Origin: Elusimicrobiales bacterium
GTDB taxonomy: Bacteria; Elusimicrobiota; Elusimicrobia; Elusimicrobiales; UBA9959
Direction of reading: 5' to 3'
Length of the DNA: 64,000 nucleotides
Assembly: GCA_028713125.1 (NCBI GenBank)
Contig: JAQTOU010000001.1
Span: 78,273 to 142,272 of the forward strand
Shown here: positions 26,187 to 35,542 of the stretch, one piece after another
How positions within the stretch are numbered: position 1 is the stretch's first letter
Layout: each line of letters begins with the position of its first letter
Position numbers and translations under genes: made by a program
The notes under the pieces: generated by a model
Told to the model about the DNA's origin: nothing
What the model saw: only the letters and a program-made list of their open reading frames with translations
The model's database searches: none

Positions 26187-26762
26187 ATGAAAGCCCTGGA
26201 GATACTTCTTATAGCCGTGGGCCTCTCCATGGACGCCTTCGCCGTTTCGCTCGCGAGCGGGGCTACCATGAAGCGGCTCCATCTCCCGAACGCGCTGAAA
26301 ATGGGCTTTTTCTTCGGCGGCTTCCAGGCCTTTATGCCGGTGCTGGGCTGGGCCGCCGGCCTGAACATGAAGAATTTTATTTCCGCCTGGGACCACTGGA
26401 TAGCCTTCGTGCTTCTTTTCGCGGTGGGCGGCAAGATGGTCTATGAAGCCTTCAAGCTGAAGGAAGAGGAGGAATGCGGCGGGCCTAAAACCTGCCCTTT
26501 CGATACCGGTACGCTCACCGTGCTGGCCCTCGCCACAAGCATTGACGCGCTGGCCGTCGGGCTGACCTTCTCCCTGCTGCAGGTCTCGATAATCACGCCC
26601 GTCCTGGTCATCGGGCTCGTGACTTTCCTTATGTCGGTGGCCGGGGTCAAGATCGGCTCGAAGGGCGGCCATTTCTTCGAGCACAAGATGGAGGCCGCGG
26701 GCGGCTTTATCCTGATAGCCATCGGCCTTAAAATACTCCTGGAGCACCTGGGCTTTTTCTAA
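26187..26762 (+). CDS. mntP: Manganese efflux pump MntP
   Basis: 191 aa. The N-terminus LLIAVGLSMDAFAVSLASG and the internal repeat ALATSIDALAVGLTFS are typical of MntP/YebN. Confidence 0.85.
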   Translation: MKALEILLIAVGLSMDAFAVSLASGATMKRLHLPNALKMGFFFGGFQAFMPVLGWAAGLNMKNFISAWDHWIAFVLLFAVGGKMVYEAFKLKEEEECGGPKTCPFDTGTLTVLALATSIDALAVGLTFSLLQVSIITPVLVIGLVTFLMSVAGVKIGSKGGHFFEHKMEAAGGFILIAIGLKILLEHLGFF

Positions 26763-26773
26763 ACCCGCATCTC

Positions 26774-27457
26774 CTACATCTTCTTGAACCACTTTTCCTT
26801 GCCGTACAGCTTCTGCATGCAGTCCTCGCAGAGGCCGTGCGTGAACCTGGCGCCGGAGCGCTCCTCCAGGTAAGTCTCTACTTTCTGCCAGAAGCCCTTG
26901 TCGTCGCGTATCTTTTTGCACTGCGCGCAGATCGGGATAAGGCCCTGCAGCGTGCGCACGTCCTTCAGCGTTTCCTCCAGCTGGGTGTTCTTGCTTATCA
27001 GGTCGAGGTGGCCGGTTATGATCTCGCTGAATTCCTCCATCAGCCTGATTATAGTCCCCTCGAAATTATTGGGCTTCCGGTCGAAAATGCAGATGCTGCC
27101 GAAGATGTCCCCGTTGGGGTGGAAGATGGGCACGCCGGCGTAGGCCATATAGCCCGCCTTGGCCCCCTCGCTGTCCTTCCAGAAATCGCTTTTCCCCGCG
27201 TCGGCTATTATCAGCTTCTCCCGCGATTCTATCACCGCCGCGCAGTAGATCTTAAGGCCGGGCTTCAGCTTTATGATATCGTCGGACTCGTGCGGATTGC
27301 CGGCCCCCCCGCCGGGAGCGATGACCCTGATGCTGTCCTCCTCAACTATGTTTATCGTAGCGGCCGGGACCCCTGCCAGCTGGGCCAGCAGGTCGGCGAT
27401 GTTCCGCCACTTCAGCAAGGCTATGTCTGGAATGCGCAGTTTATTTGTGTCGGTCAT
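26774..27457 (-). CDS. GAF-domain protein with C-terminal CxxC-x26-HxxCxxC module
   Basis: 227 aa. GAF core (YMAYAGVPIFHPNGDIFGSICIFDRKP), a coiled linker, then LIPICAQCKKIRDDKGFWQKVETYLEERSGARFTHGLCEDCMQKLYG. AAGAGG RBS. Last gene of the TBDR/PBP/HK operon. Confidence 0.8.
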   Translation of the reverse strand: MTDTNKLRIPDIALLKWRNIADLLAQLAGVPAATINIVEEDSIRVIAPGGGAGNPHESDDIIKLKPGLKIYCAAVIESREKLIIADAGKSDFWKDSEGAKAGYMAYAGVPIFHPNGDIFGSICIFDRKPNNFEGTIIRLMEEFSEIITGHLDLISKNTQLEETLKDVRTLQGLIPICAQCKKIRDDKGFWQKVETYLEERSGARFTHGLCEDCMQKLYGKEKWFKKM

Positions 27458-27465
27458 ATTACCTC

Positions 27466-27909
27466 TTAAAGCGGCAGCTTCGATACTGAAACCCAGTACT
27501 GCTCGAACTTCCGGGCGAGCTCCAGGAACTCTTCCAGGGACGCGGGTTTGGTTATATAGGAAGCCGCCCCGTTCTCATAGCTGCGCACCATGTCTTCGTG
27601 CCTGGACGAGGTGGTCAGCATCACCACCGGTATCGCGCGCAGCGCCGGGTCCGCCTTCAGGCGCTTCAGGAGAGCGATCCCGTCCATCAGCGGGAGCGTG
27701 ATGTCCAGCAATATTATCGACGGGCGGAGCGGCTTCTGCCCCCCTTTGCTGCCCGAGGCCGTAAGCATGTCCAGCGCCTCCTGTCCGTCGCGGGCTACGG
27801 CCACGGCGGAGATGAACTTGAATTCCTGGAAGGCCCGCTGGGCGATGAGTACGTCGTCCTCGTTGTCCTCCACCAGAAGCAGACTAAGGTTTTTTATTTC
27901 GCTGTTCAT
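27466..27909 (-). CDS. Single-domain response regulator (receiver only)
   Basis: 147 aa. LLVEDNEDD, phospho-acceptor region IILLDITLPLMDG, TTS and YITKP. No output domain. Confidence 0.9.
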   Translation of the reverse strand: MNSEIKNLSLLLVEDNEDDVLIAQRAFQEFKFISAVAVARDGQEALDMLTASGSKGGQKPLRPSIILLDITLPLMDGIALLKRLKADPALRAIPVVMLTTSSRHEDMVRSYENGAASYITKPASLEEFLELARKFEQYWVSVSKLPL

Positions 27910-27918
27910 TTTCCCTCC

Positions 27919-29766
27919 TCAAGTTCTTTTGCTCAGGTCGGCGGGGATCAGGGTGTAGAATACCGAGCCTTTCCCTTCCTCCGACTCTATCCAGATCTTG
28001 CCGCCGTGTTCTTCGGCTATCTTTTTAACTATGGCCAGCCCGGCGCCGGTGCCGCCGCCGTATTCCTGGCGCGAGTGCAGCCGCTTGAATATCTTGAAGA
28101 CCTCTTCGAAATACTGGCTGGGGATGCCTATCCCGTTGTCCTTTACCAGGAACTTCCAGTAGTATTCGCCGAATTTCTCCGCGCTTATCTCCACTTCAGG
28201 CACCGGCTTGTCGTTATATTTTACGGCATTGCTGACCAGGTTCTGGAAAAGCTGGCGGATCTTTACCGGGTCGCAGAACAGCTCCGGCAGGCCGTCCGAG
28301 ACCTTCACCACGGCCTTGCGCTCCTCCAGCATTACGGAGAGCCCGGCCACCGCCTCCCGCGCAAGGGCGGCGGTAGAGGCGTACTCATAGGGATTGCGGA
28401 CCCGCGCCACCCGGGCGTAGCTTAACAGGTCGTCGATAAGCCTTCGCATCCGGCCGGAGGCCTTGACCACCCTGGCGATATAGTCGGCCGCCTGCGGCTC
28501 CAGCTTCGCGGAATAATCGGACAGGAGCATGCCGGAGAACATTTCTATGCCGCGCAGCGGCTCCTTCAGGTCGTGCGAGACCGTGTGCGCGAAAGAGTCG
28601 AGCTCGTCGTTGACCGTTTCTACTTCTTTCAGGTACTGCGCCATCTTGGCCTCGGATTCCTTATGCCGGGTAGTGTCTTTAAGGAGCGAGACTACCTGCC
28701 TGCTGCCTACCCCGCCGATAAAGGCGGCGGAAAGCATTACAGGCAGCCGCTTGCCGTCCTTGCTCTTGAACCAAAGGTCCAGCTCCTTTATGTGGCCGCC
28801 CCAGGACAGTAGGGCGAAAGGCTCCGCCGCGCCCTCCGTCTGCGGCTCCAGCAGCTCTTTGAGGTTCATCGAGCCCGGCGGGAGGAAGTCATAGCCGGAG
28901 AAGTCCTCCGCGGCCCGGTTGCTCTTGAGGATCTTGCCGGCCTCGTCGGTGATTATGAGCGGGTCCGGCATGCTTTCGAGGACCGAGTCCAGGTATTCCT
29001 TGGAGACCGTGGTCTCGGAGAGGCCGCGGTTCAGCTTATTGAAGCTCTCCGTCACCTCGCCTAATTCGTCCCTGGAGATCACCGGCACTAAAAAATCATA
29101 ATTTCCCGCGCGCGCTTTGCGTATGCCTTCCCTCAGCAGGTAGACCTGCCGCAGTATTACGCTGGAAAAGATCGCTGAGAGCACGATGGCCGCGGCCGAG
29201 ATCAGGAGCGCCAGGACGAGCAGCTTATACAGGATGGCTCTTTCCGCCTTGCGCGCCGTGGTCAGCGGGAGGCCGGCGCGCAGGAAACCCGCGCTCTTTC
29301 CGACGGCGTCGGCCCCCTGGAAAAGAATATCTTCGGCCGAGGCGGGCAGGCCGGCCGGGACGGGGATGATCGTATCTACGACCTCGTCGCCGCCGTGCAG
29401 GACCCTGCGGAACAGCGGCACCGATGTCTTGGCCGCCTTGATCAGCAGCTGGTCCTTCATCTTAGTGCCGGTCAGCGCCACATTGGTATGCGCGATCACC
29501 GTGCCGTCGGCGGTGACAAGGCCCGAATAGACCGCCCCCGTCTTCTGGGCGAAGGTGTGCAGAGCCTTGATTCCGTCAAGCTCCTTCCCTGAAACAAAAG
29601 CTTTCTGGAAGGAGAGGGCCTGGTCAGCCGCCACCATGGCGGCCGAGTCAGCTATCTGCGCGCTCATTGCTTCCGAAACCGCCAGGCCCGAGAAGTGCAT
29701 GTTTATCAAAAAGGCGGAGCCTGTGAGGAACAATATGAAGGCGACTATTTTCAGGTATAGTTTCAT
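27919..29766 (-). CDS. Sensor histidine kinase: TM, periplasmic Cache/PDC-like domain, TM, HAMP, PAS, HisKA, HATPase_c
   Basis: 615 aa. Two TM segments flank a ~170-aa periplasmic region (..GAVYSGLVTADGTVIAHTN..). H-box FAHTVSHDLKEPLRGI, N-box LVSNAVKYN, G-boxes DNGIGIP and GTGAGLAIV. ATGA overlap with the upstream gene. Confidence 0.9.
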   Translation of the reverse strand: MKLYLKIVAFILFLTGSAFLINMHFSGLAVSEAMSAQIADSAAMVAADQALSFQKAFVSGKELDGIKALHTFAQKTGAVYSGLVTADGTVIAHTNVALTGTKMKDQLLIKAAKTSVPLFRRVLHGGDEVVDTIIPVPAGLPASAEDILFQGADAVGKSAGFLRAGLPLTTARKAERAILYKLLVLALLISAAAIVLSAIFSSVILRQVYLLREGIRKARAGNYDFLVPVISRDELGEVTESFNKLNRGLSETTVSKEYLDSVLESMPDPLIITDEAGKILKSNRAAEDFSGYDFLPPGSMNLKELLEPQTEGAAEPFALLSWGGHIKELDLWFKSKDGKRLPVMLSAAFIGGVGSRQVVSLLKDTTRHKESEAKMAQYLKEVETVNDELDSFAHTVSHDLKEPLRGIEMFSGMLLSDYSAKLEPQAADYIARVVKASGRMRRLIDDLLSYARVARVRNPYEYASTAALAREAVAGLSVMLEERKAVVKVSDGLPELFCDPVKIRQLFQNLVSNAVKYNDKPVPEVEISAEKFGEYYWKFLVKDNGIGIPSQYFEEVFKIFKRLHSRQEYGGGTGAGLAIVKKIAEEHGGKIWIESEEGKGSVFYTLIPADLSKRT

Positions 29767-30638
29767 GGGAAAAGATAGCCCGCCTCGTCGAGTATTGAGC
29801 CGGGGAAGACTATCCCCAGCTTAGCGGCGGCGGAGGCGTTCAGGGTTATTTCAACTTTTCCGGGGAACACCGCTCCCGTAGCGGGCTCTCCCTTCTCAAG
29901 GCTGAGCGCCGCTTTGGCGGCGGCCTTCCCCATCTCCGCGAAACTGACACCCAGCGAGGCCACGGCGCCCTCCCTGGTCATGCTTTTAGTGGAGCCGTAA
30001 AATGGTATCCCGTTCTCCCAGGAAAACTCCTTCAGAAGCCTCAGGGTCTGCGGCGTTATTATCTGCGGGTCCGGGGCCAGCCAGATAGCGTCCGCGGCGC
30101 CCATGGTGCGGCGGAGAGCGGCCGGCAGGGCGTCCTGGTTTTCCAGCCTGACGGTAGTGACCTGTATGCCTTCGCGGACGCCTTCAGCTCTAACGGTCTG
30201 GGCGTAAGGGTTGGTTTCCGGGACCACCCAAAAGATCCACAGGCGCTTCAGCCCGGGCTGTATTTGCTTAAGCTTGGCGAACGTTATAGGAAAATCTGGG
30301 ATCAGGCTGATCTTGACGTTCTTTGCTCCGCTAGCGGCCGTGCCTGTAAAAACTCCGGGGGCCAGGCAGTCAATTACATTCAGCCCGGCCGGATAGGGAT
30401 AGTTTGCCGCTCTGCCGCCGAAAGCCACCACCAGCCGGGTCTCCTTCTCCAGCTCCGGCTTCTGCCTGGAGAGGTCGTAGTGAGCCACTTCCCCGCCGTA
30501 AGCCGCCTGGAAAGCGGAGAAAGCTTCCATGTAAACCCCGCTCTCCATTGAAAGCACGGCGACCGTCTCCCGGGGCGCGCCAGCGTAGCCCGGGGCGGCC
30601 GACAGTAAGAGCAAAATATACGACGGGGATAGTCTCAT
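29763..30638 (-). CDS. Orphan periplasmic solute-binding-protein-like protein, copy B (resembles the ABC_sub_bind/COG2984 type)
   Basis: 291 aa. Signal peptide present. Motifs DAIWLAPDPQIIT and NGIPFYGST are shared with 32697..33563 and 58048..58905. No adjacent permease or ATPase gene. Confidence 0.65.
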   Translation of the reverse strand: MRLSPSYILLLLSAAPGYAGAPRETVAVLSMESGVYMEAFSAFQAAYGGEVAHYDLSRQKPELEKETRLVVAFGGRAANYPYPAGLNVIDCLAPGVFTGTAASGAKNVKISLIPDFPITFAKLKQIQPGLKRLWIFWVVPETNPYAQTVRAEGVREGIQVTTVRLENQDALPAALRRTMGAADAIWLAPDPQIITPQTLRLLKEFSWENGIPFYGSTKSMTREGAVASLGVSFAEMGKAAAKAALSLEKGEPATGAVFPGKVEITLNASAAAKLGIVFPGSILDEAGYLFP

Positions 30639-30641
30639 CTT

Positions 30642-32642
30642 TTAAAACCGGTACTCAAAAGTATACTCTAAGCGGCGGCCGGAATACAGCGGAAGGGACT
30701 CGACCGCGCGCAGGCGCGCATATTCCGGGTAAAGCACGGTATGGCCGGTCAGGTTCCGGGCCGCAAGAACGTGGCGCATAGCGCCTTTCCTGTAGCCGAG
30801 GCTGACATCGATCCAGAGCTGCGGGTCTACGTGGCCGCGGAGGGTGCGGTTCCTGCCATAGCCGTTGAAGTTGGAAGCCAGGAAGAAGTCCCCGAGGTTA
30901 TGGGAAACCCCGCCTGATATCGTATAGGCCGGGACATATTTGAAGTTCCAGGAGCTGCCGCCGGTAACCGCATGCTCGTCGCCGCGGCTGGCGTTGAGCC
31001 GCTCCAGGGCCAGGAAGGCGCTTGTCCGTTTGCCTTCATAGCGCCCCTCCAGCTCCAGGCCGCTGGAATTGTAGTCGGGGGCGTTGTCGTAATAGTTTAC
31101 CGCGGTGTAGGCGGTGCCGTCCCGGGCGAAGTCACCGAGGTTGCGGTAAATAGTGTCTGAATATTTAGCGTAGTAAGCTGTCACATGGCCAAAAAATTTA
31201 CCCCGGGAGGCAAGATAGGAGAGCTCGAAAGTGTCCGTCCTCTCGGGATCGAGGCCGGGGTTCCCCAGCACGGTTACCGTGGAAGGATGGAAATACTGTT
31301 CGAACGGCGTCGGGGAGCGGAAGGACTGGCTGAACAGCGCCTTAAGACTGTTGACCTCGTTAAACAGGTAGATCGCGGACGCCCTTGAGGACAGGTTATC
31401 GCCGGTCTTCGTATTGTGAGTATAGCGGCTTCCCGCCAGGAGCTTCCACTTTTCGCTTTCGTAGCCCAGCTGGGCATGAGCGGAAACCTCGTCGCTCAAT
31501 CTGCCGCTCATCTCGTTATCGCTCTCCGGAACGCCTGTATTGCTGAAATAATTCAGGTAGTGCCGGACATAGCGGTATTCATATGTGCTCCCGCCTTCCA
31601 GGTAAAAGGCTTTTGGCAGGTCCGCGCGTCCGCTCAGCGAATTTATGAAGCGCGCCCCTATGATGTCGGAGCGCACATTGTCGCTGGCGTCCCGAGGGAT
31701 GCTGCGGTGCTGCCAGTCGTAGGTGACGGTGTATTTCAGGCCGCCCCAGTGGGGCGCGAAGTCATAGGCGTAGCTGGCCAGGGCGGCTTCGCGCGAAGCG
31801 TTGAAGAGTTCTCCGCTGGCCAGCGTCAGGCTGTTGCCGAAGTAATTCTGATCGTTGCGGGCGGCGTTGACCAGGAGGGTGCTTTTTCCGCGCGTCCCCG
31901 TAAAGTTAAAGCTGCGGGCGTGCAGGTAATCCCTGACCGCGTTCACGTCCCCGTTCTCGTCGGAGAAGCGGAACACCGGCTGCGCTTTGTTATAGGAGTC
32001 GGCGGCCAGGGTGTAGGAAGCCTGCTTGCCGCTCCAGGCGTAGAGGCCGCTGGCGCGGGAGACATCCCCGCTGTCGCCATAGCCTCCGGCGCCGGACCCC
32101 AGGCCGCCGCCGGCGAGGCCCAGGCTGGCGGCGGTCCCGGCCGGCTTGCGTAAAACTATGTTTATGGCCCCGGTAAGCGCGTTGGACCCGTAGAGCACCG
32201 AGGCCGGGCCGAGCAGAACCTCTATCCGCTCGACGGAAGCTATCCCCACCCGGTCCAGGTCGCCCTCTCCGGTCACGGCGTTCCACATAGGCACATTATT
32301 TATCATCACAAGAACTTTATCCGCGTAATGCTCCTGCAGGGCCCCGCGGATGGTTGGGACATTGTGCATCAGGTAGGTGCGCAGAACCATCATTCCCGGC
32401 ACTATTTCCAGCGCCTCCGATACGGAGGCGAAGTTATAGCGCTCTATCATCTCCCTGCTTATGACCGTTATATTGGAGACGCTGTTGAACACGGTTTCCG
32501 GCGCGTCCGAGGCGACGGTAAGGTTTTTGGCCTCCTCGGTCATGAAGCTCCAGAATTCCGAGCTTTCGTCCTGTGCCCGGGCCGGCGCGGCCGTCAGTAC
32601 CGCGGCAAAAAAGATCAGGCTGGTCAATAATTTCAGGTTCAT
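30642..32642 (-). CDS. TonB-dependent receptor, copy B
   Basis: 666 aa from the ATG at 32642 (MNLKLLTSLIFFAAVLTAAPARAQ); the track start at 32663 is also possible. Plug motifs IEVLLGPASVLYGSNALTGAINIV. C-terminal ..YTFEYRF. Confidence 0.85.
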   Translation of the reverse strand: MNLKLLTSLIFFAAVLTAAPARAQDESSEFWSFMTEEAKNLTVASDAPETVFNSVSNITVISREMIERYNFASVSEALEIVPGMMVLRTYLMHNVPTIRGALQEHYADKVLVMINNVPMWNAVTGEGDLDRVGIASVERIEVLLGPASVLYGSNALTGAINIVLRKPAGTAASLGLAGGGLGSGAGGYGDSGDVSRASGLYAWSGKQASYTLAADSYNKAQPVFRFSDENGDVNAVRDYLHARSFNFTGTRGKSTLLVNAARNDQNYFGNSLTLASGELFNASREAALASYAYDFAPHWGGLKYTVTYDWQHRSIPRDASDNVRSDIIGARFINSLSGRADLPKAFYLEGGSTYEYRYVRHYLNYFSNTGVPESDNEMSGRLSDEVSAHAQLGYESEKWKLLAGSRYTHNTKTGDNLSSRASAIYLFNEVNSLKALFSQSFRSPTPFEQYFHPSTVTVLGNPGLDPERTDTFELSYLASRGKFFGHVTAYYAKYSDTIYRNLGDFARDGTAYTAVNYYDNAPDYNSSGLELEGRYEGKRTSAFLALERLNASRGDEHAVTGGSSWNFKYVPAYTISGGVSHNLGDFFLASNFNGYGRNRTLRGHVDPQLWIDVSLGYRKGAMRHVLAARNLTGHTVLYPEYARLRAVESLPLYSGRRLEYTFEYRF

Positions 32643-32696
32643 GCTATTTCTTCCAGGTTTCATGAGATTATATAGGGGCCGGCGCTACCGCCGGCT

Positions 32697-33563
32697 TTAC
32701 GGATATCTGAATTCCGCTTCATCCAATACCGCGCGCGGGAACTTAAGGCCGCATTTGGCGGCGGCGTCGGAGTTAATTGTTATTTCCGCCTGCCCCGGGA
32801 AGATGGTCTCCGGCAGGATGTCGCCTTTCCTGAGCTCGAGCGCCGCCGCGGCGGCGGCTTTCCCCATCTCCGAGAAACTGACCCCGATAGAGGCCGCGGC
32901 GCCATCCCTGGTCATCCCTTTTGTCGACCCGTAAAAGGGTATCCCGTTGGCCCATGAGAAGTCCCTCATGATCGTAAGATTTTCCCGGGTGATAAGCATG
33001 GGGTCCGGCGGTATCCAGAAAGCGTCCGCAGTCCCGGGCAGCAAACGGAGGAGGGCAGGGAGCTCTTCCATGGAGATCAATTGCTTCGTGGTGACCTGTA
33101 TGCCCTGGCGCGCCGCTTCGATCTTCACGGTATCGATGTATTTGCTGAAGTCAGGCAGCATCCAGAAGATCTGCAGCCGACCGATCCCGGGCTGCATCTG
33201 TTTTATTTTACTGAAAACCACACTGAATTCAGGGACAAGGCTGATCTTGACCGCTTTTCCGCCGCCGGGAGCTTTAATGAAGATCCCGGGCGCCATGCAG
33301 TAGATAATGTCGGAGTCCCGGGGATAGCGGAGATTGGCCGCCCTGCCGCCGAAGACTACCACGGTGCGTATACCTTCGGACAGGTCCGGCTTATTACTCG
33401 AGAGGTCGTATTTATGCACGCTTTCACCGTAGTTTTTCTCGAAAGCCGTAAAAGCTTCCTGGTAGGCGCCCCCCCCGTAGGAAAGCACAGCGGCCGTATC
33501 TCCGGCCGCGGCGGCGGCCGGAAGCAGCAGCAGCGCGCAACAGGCGAGGCCCTTAAAACTCAT
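32697..33563 (-). CDS. Orphan periplasmic solute-binding-protein-like protein, copy A
   Basis: 288 aa. Signal peptide present. DAFWIPPDPMLIT and NGIPFYGST motifs. About half identical by eye to copy B. An 11-nt overlap with the upstream TBDR gene. Confidence 0.65.
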   Translation of the reverse strand: MSFKGLACCALLLLPAAAAAGDTAAVLSYGGGAYQEAFTAFEKNYGESVHKYDLSSNKPDLSEGIRTVVVFGGRAANLRYPRDSDIIYCMAPGIFIKAPGGGKAVKISLVPEFSVVFSKIKQMQPGIGRLQIFWMLPDFSKYIDTVKIEAARQGIQVTTKQLISMEELPALLRLLPGTADAFWIPPDPMLITRENLTIMRDFSWANGIPFYGSTKGMTRDGAAASIGVSFSEMGKAAAAAALELRKGDILPETIFPGQAEITINSDAAAKCGLKFPRAVLDEAEFRYP

Positions 33564-35520
33564 AGCCTGCCTTTAAAAAGATTTCACGGGAGGGCCCGGG
33601 CAGAGGCGCGTGCCCGCCGTTGTAGGGCTGTATATAACTGTAGTTGGATTTGAAAATATCCTTTACGCCCAGGTTCAGCGTAAGGCGCTTTATCGGGCGG
33701 TCACGGAGCTGCAGGTTGAAGTCCGCCATTATTCTCTCGCCGAAAACCCTGAGCGAGCCGTTTCCGGCGTAGCCGTACCTGCGGGAAATATAAATAGCCG
33801 ACGGGTTAGCGCTTAATGCGCCGGCGAGCGGGATGGAGGAGTTGAGCGTAACTTTGTGGCGCGGAAAGCCCAACAGGTAGGAACCGCGGCCGGGAACGCC
33901 GTAAACGTCCACCCGGTTCCCGGCGGCCGAATAAGTGGTGTAATCGGCGTTAAGGCGGGCGGCGCCGTTTTTATATTTCAGCCCGAAGCCGTAGCCGAGC
34001 GTGCCGGTGCGGTCGTAATTCCGGTAATACTCGTTCCCGGAGGTGTCCGTATAGAAAATTATGGGGTCATTTATGGTCGTGAGCGAGGCGCTCGCGTAGA
34101 GGTAAAAAAGGTCGCCGGCCTTGTACCCGGCTTCCGCTTCCATAACCGTGGTCCTTTCCGGCTTGATCCTGAACCCGTTATCGGAGGCGAGGCGGATATT
34201 CTCGATAGAAGGGGCCTTGAAGGCACTGCTGTAAATGGCTTTAAAGTTGAAATCACCGGCCTGCTTTGTCAGGGCCAGGCGCGGGACGAGCGAAGCCCCG
34301 CATTTAGAATGCTTGTCATAGCGGGCCCCGGCCACTATGGTCGCGGGACGGGCGTGGAGGGTGGCCTGCCCGAAGAGCGCGTAGTTTTCATAGTAGACCC
34401 GGTCGCGGCCGCTGCCGTATTGGGAAGCGGCGGCCGTGACCGGCTCGACTTTTACGGCGTCATGGGAATACTCTCCGCCGGCCAGCAGCTGCACCTCGTC
34501 CGACGGGGCATGGAAAGCGGTCAGCGATCCCGTAATGCGCTCGGTTTTTTTGTCGTAGGTAAAATGCTCGTCCTTCTCCACCCAGGCCATGCTCCGCGCG
34601 TAATTAAGTTTCGGTTCCAGGCGCAGGGTATCCGAAAGCCGCCAATCGTATCTGGTCTCGGCGAAAAAAGAAGGAAAGCCCACTTTGCCCGAGCCCGTTG
34701 CCAGGGCGGTCGTGAACTGGTCCCTGTCCCTCAGCTTGTAGTCGTCCTGTATGAACCTGGCCGATAAACCGCTTTTCGCCACGGAGACGTTGACGCTCGC
34801 GGGGCGGAGGTCGGACGTCCTGTTCATGTTATAGGAGAGGCCGCTGAAATCCGTGTACCGCCTGTCGCTGCGCTGGGCCTCGCCCCAGAAGACCTTGGCG
34901 GCGGCTTCAGTCCCGTCGAAATCCTTTCCGTACGACAGGCCGGCGTAATTCCTTGCGCGGGCGCCTTCCCCCTGCCCGTAGGCGGCAAAGGCCGAGGCGC
35001 CGCCGAGTTTTTTGGCCGGGAGGGTCCTGACGTTTATTACCGCCAGCTCCGCGAAGCCGCCGTAGATGACGGAGCCGGGGCCGCGGATGATCTCTATCTC
35101 GTCGATCTGGTCCACCGGGAAGCGGTCGAATTGAACGGTGGCGTAGAGGGTCTCATTATAAACCTGGCCGTCCCAGATAAGCAGCGCCTTCCCCTCGTTG
35201 GCCCAGTTGCCGCGCACGCCCAGCCCCAGATTGCCCTGCACGTCCATCCCGAAGTCGAATTCCGGGACCAGCTTCAGCACGTCGATAAGGTCGCGCGCTC
35301 CGCCGGCCTGGATCTCTTCGCGGGTGATGACCGTAACAAGGCCCGGGGTTTCGCGCAGCTTCATCGGGTTTCTCGTAGCTACGGAGGTGCGTATGTTAAG
35401 GGTTTCTTCCAGCGAGGCGCGCTCGAGGCTGAAAAATTCAGCTTCGTCGTCGGCGGCGCGCTGCGCCAGCGCGGGCCTGGCCGCGGCTAGAAAAAGCAGG
35501 CATAAGGCAAGACGGAACAT
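33553..35520 (-). CDS. TonB-dependent receptor, copy A
   Basis: 655 aa. Signal peptide present. Plug motifs ETPGLVTVITREEI and IEIIRGPGSVIYGG. C-terminal ..KAGYEF. Confidence 0.85.
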   Translation of the reverse strand: MFRLALCLLFLAAARPALAQRAADDEAEFFSLERASLEETLNIRTSVATRNPMKLRETPGLVTVITREEIQAGGARDLIDVLKLVPEFDFGMDVQGNLGLGVRGNWANEGKALLIWDGQVYNETLYATVQFDRFPVDQIDEIEIIRGPGSVIYGGFAELAVINVRTLPAKKLGGASAFAAYGQGEGARARNYAGLSYGKDFDGTEAAAKVFWGEAQRSDRRYTDFSGLSYNMNRTSDLRPASVNVSVAKSGLSARFIQDDYKLRDRDQFTTALATGSGKVGFPSFFAETRYDWRLSDTLRLEPKLNYARSMAWVEKDEHFTYDKKTERITGSLTAFHAPSDEVQLLAGGEYSHDAVKVEPVTAAASQYGSGRDRVYYENYALFGQATLHARPATIVAGARYDKHSKCGASLVPRLALTKQAGDFNFKAIYSSAFKAPSIENIRLASDNGFRIKPERTTVMEAEAGYKAGDLFYLYASASLTTINDPIIFYTDTSGNEYYRNYDRTGTLGYGFGLKYKNGAARLNADYTTYSAAGNRVDVYGVPGRGSYLLGFPRHKVTLNSSIPLAGALSANPSAIYISRRYGYAGNGSLRVFGERIMADFNLQLRDRPIKRLTLNLGVKDIFKSNYSYIQPYNGGHAPLPGPSREIFLKAGYEF

Positions 35521-35542
35521 TCTACCCCCCTAGAAACCGGAC

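Noticed and set aside
30642-35520. TonB-dependent transducer (FecA-type) cell-surface signalling for TBDR-A and TBDR-B.
   Set aside because: Both receptors go from the signal peptide straight into the plug domain, with no ~80-aa N-terminal signalling extension. No ECF sigma or anti-sigma genes are nearby.
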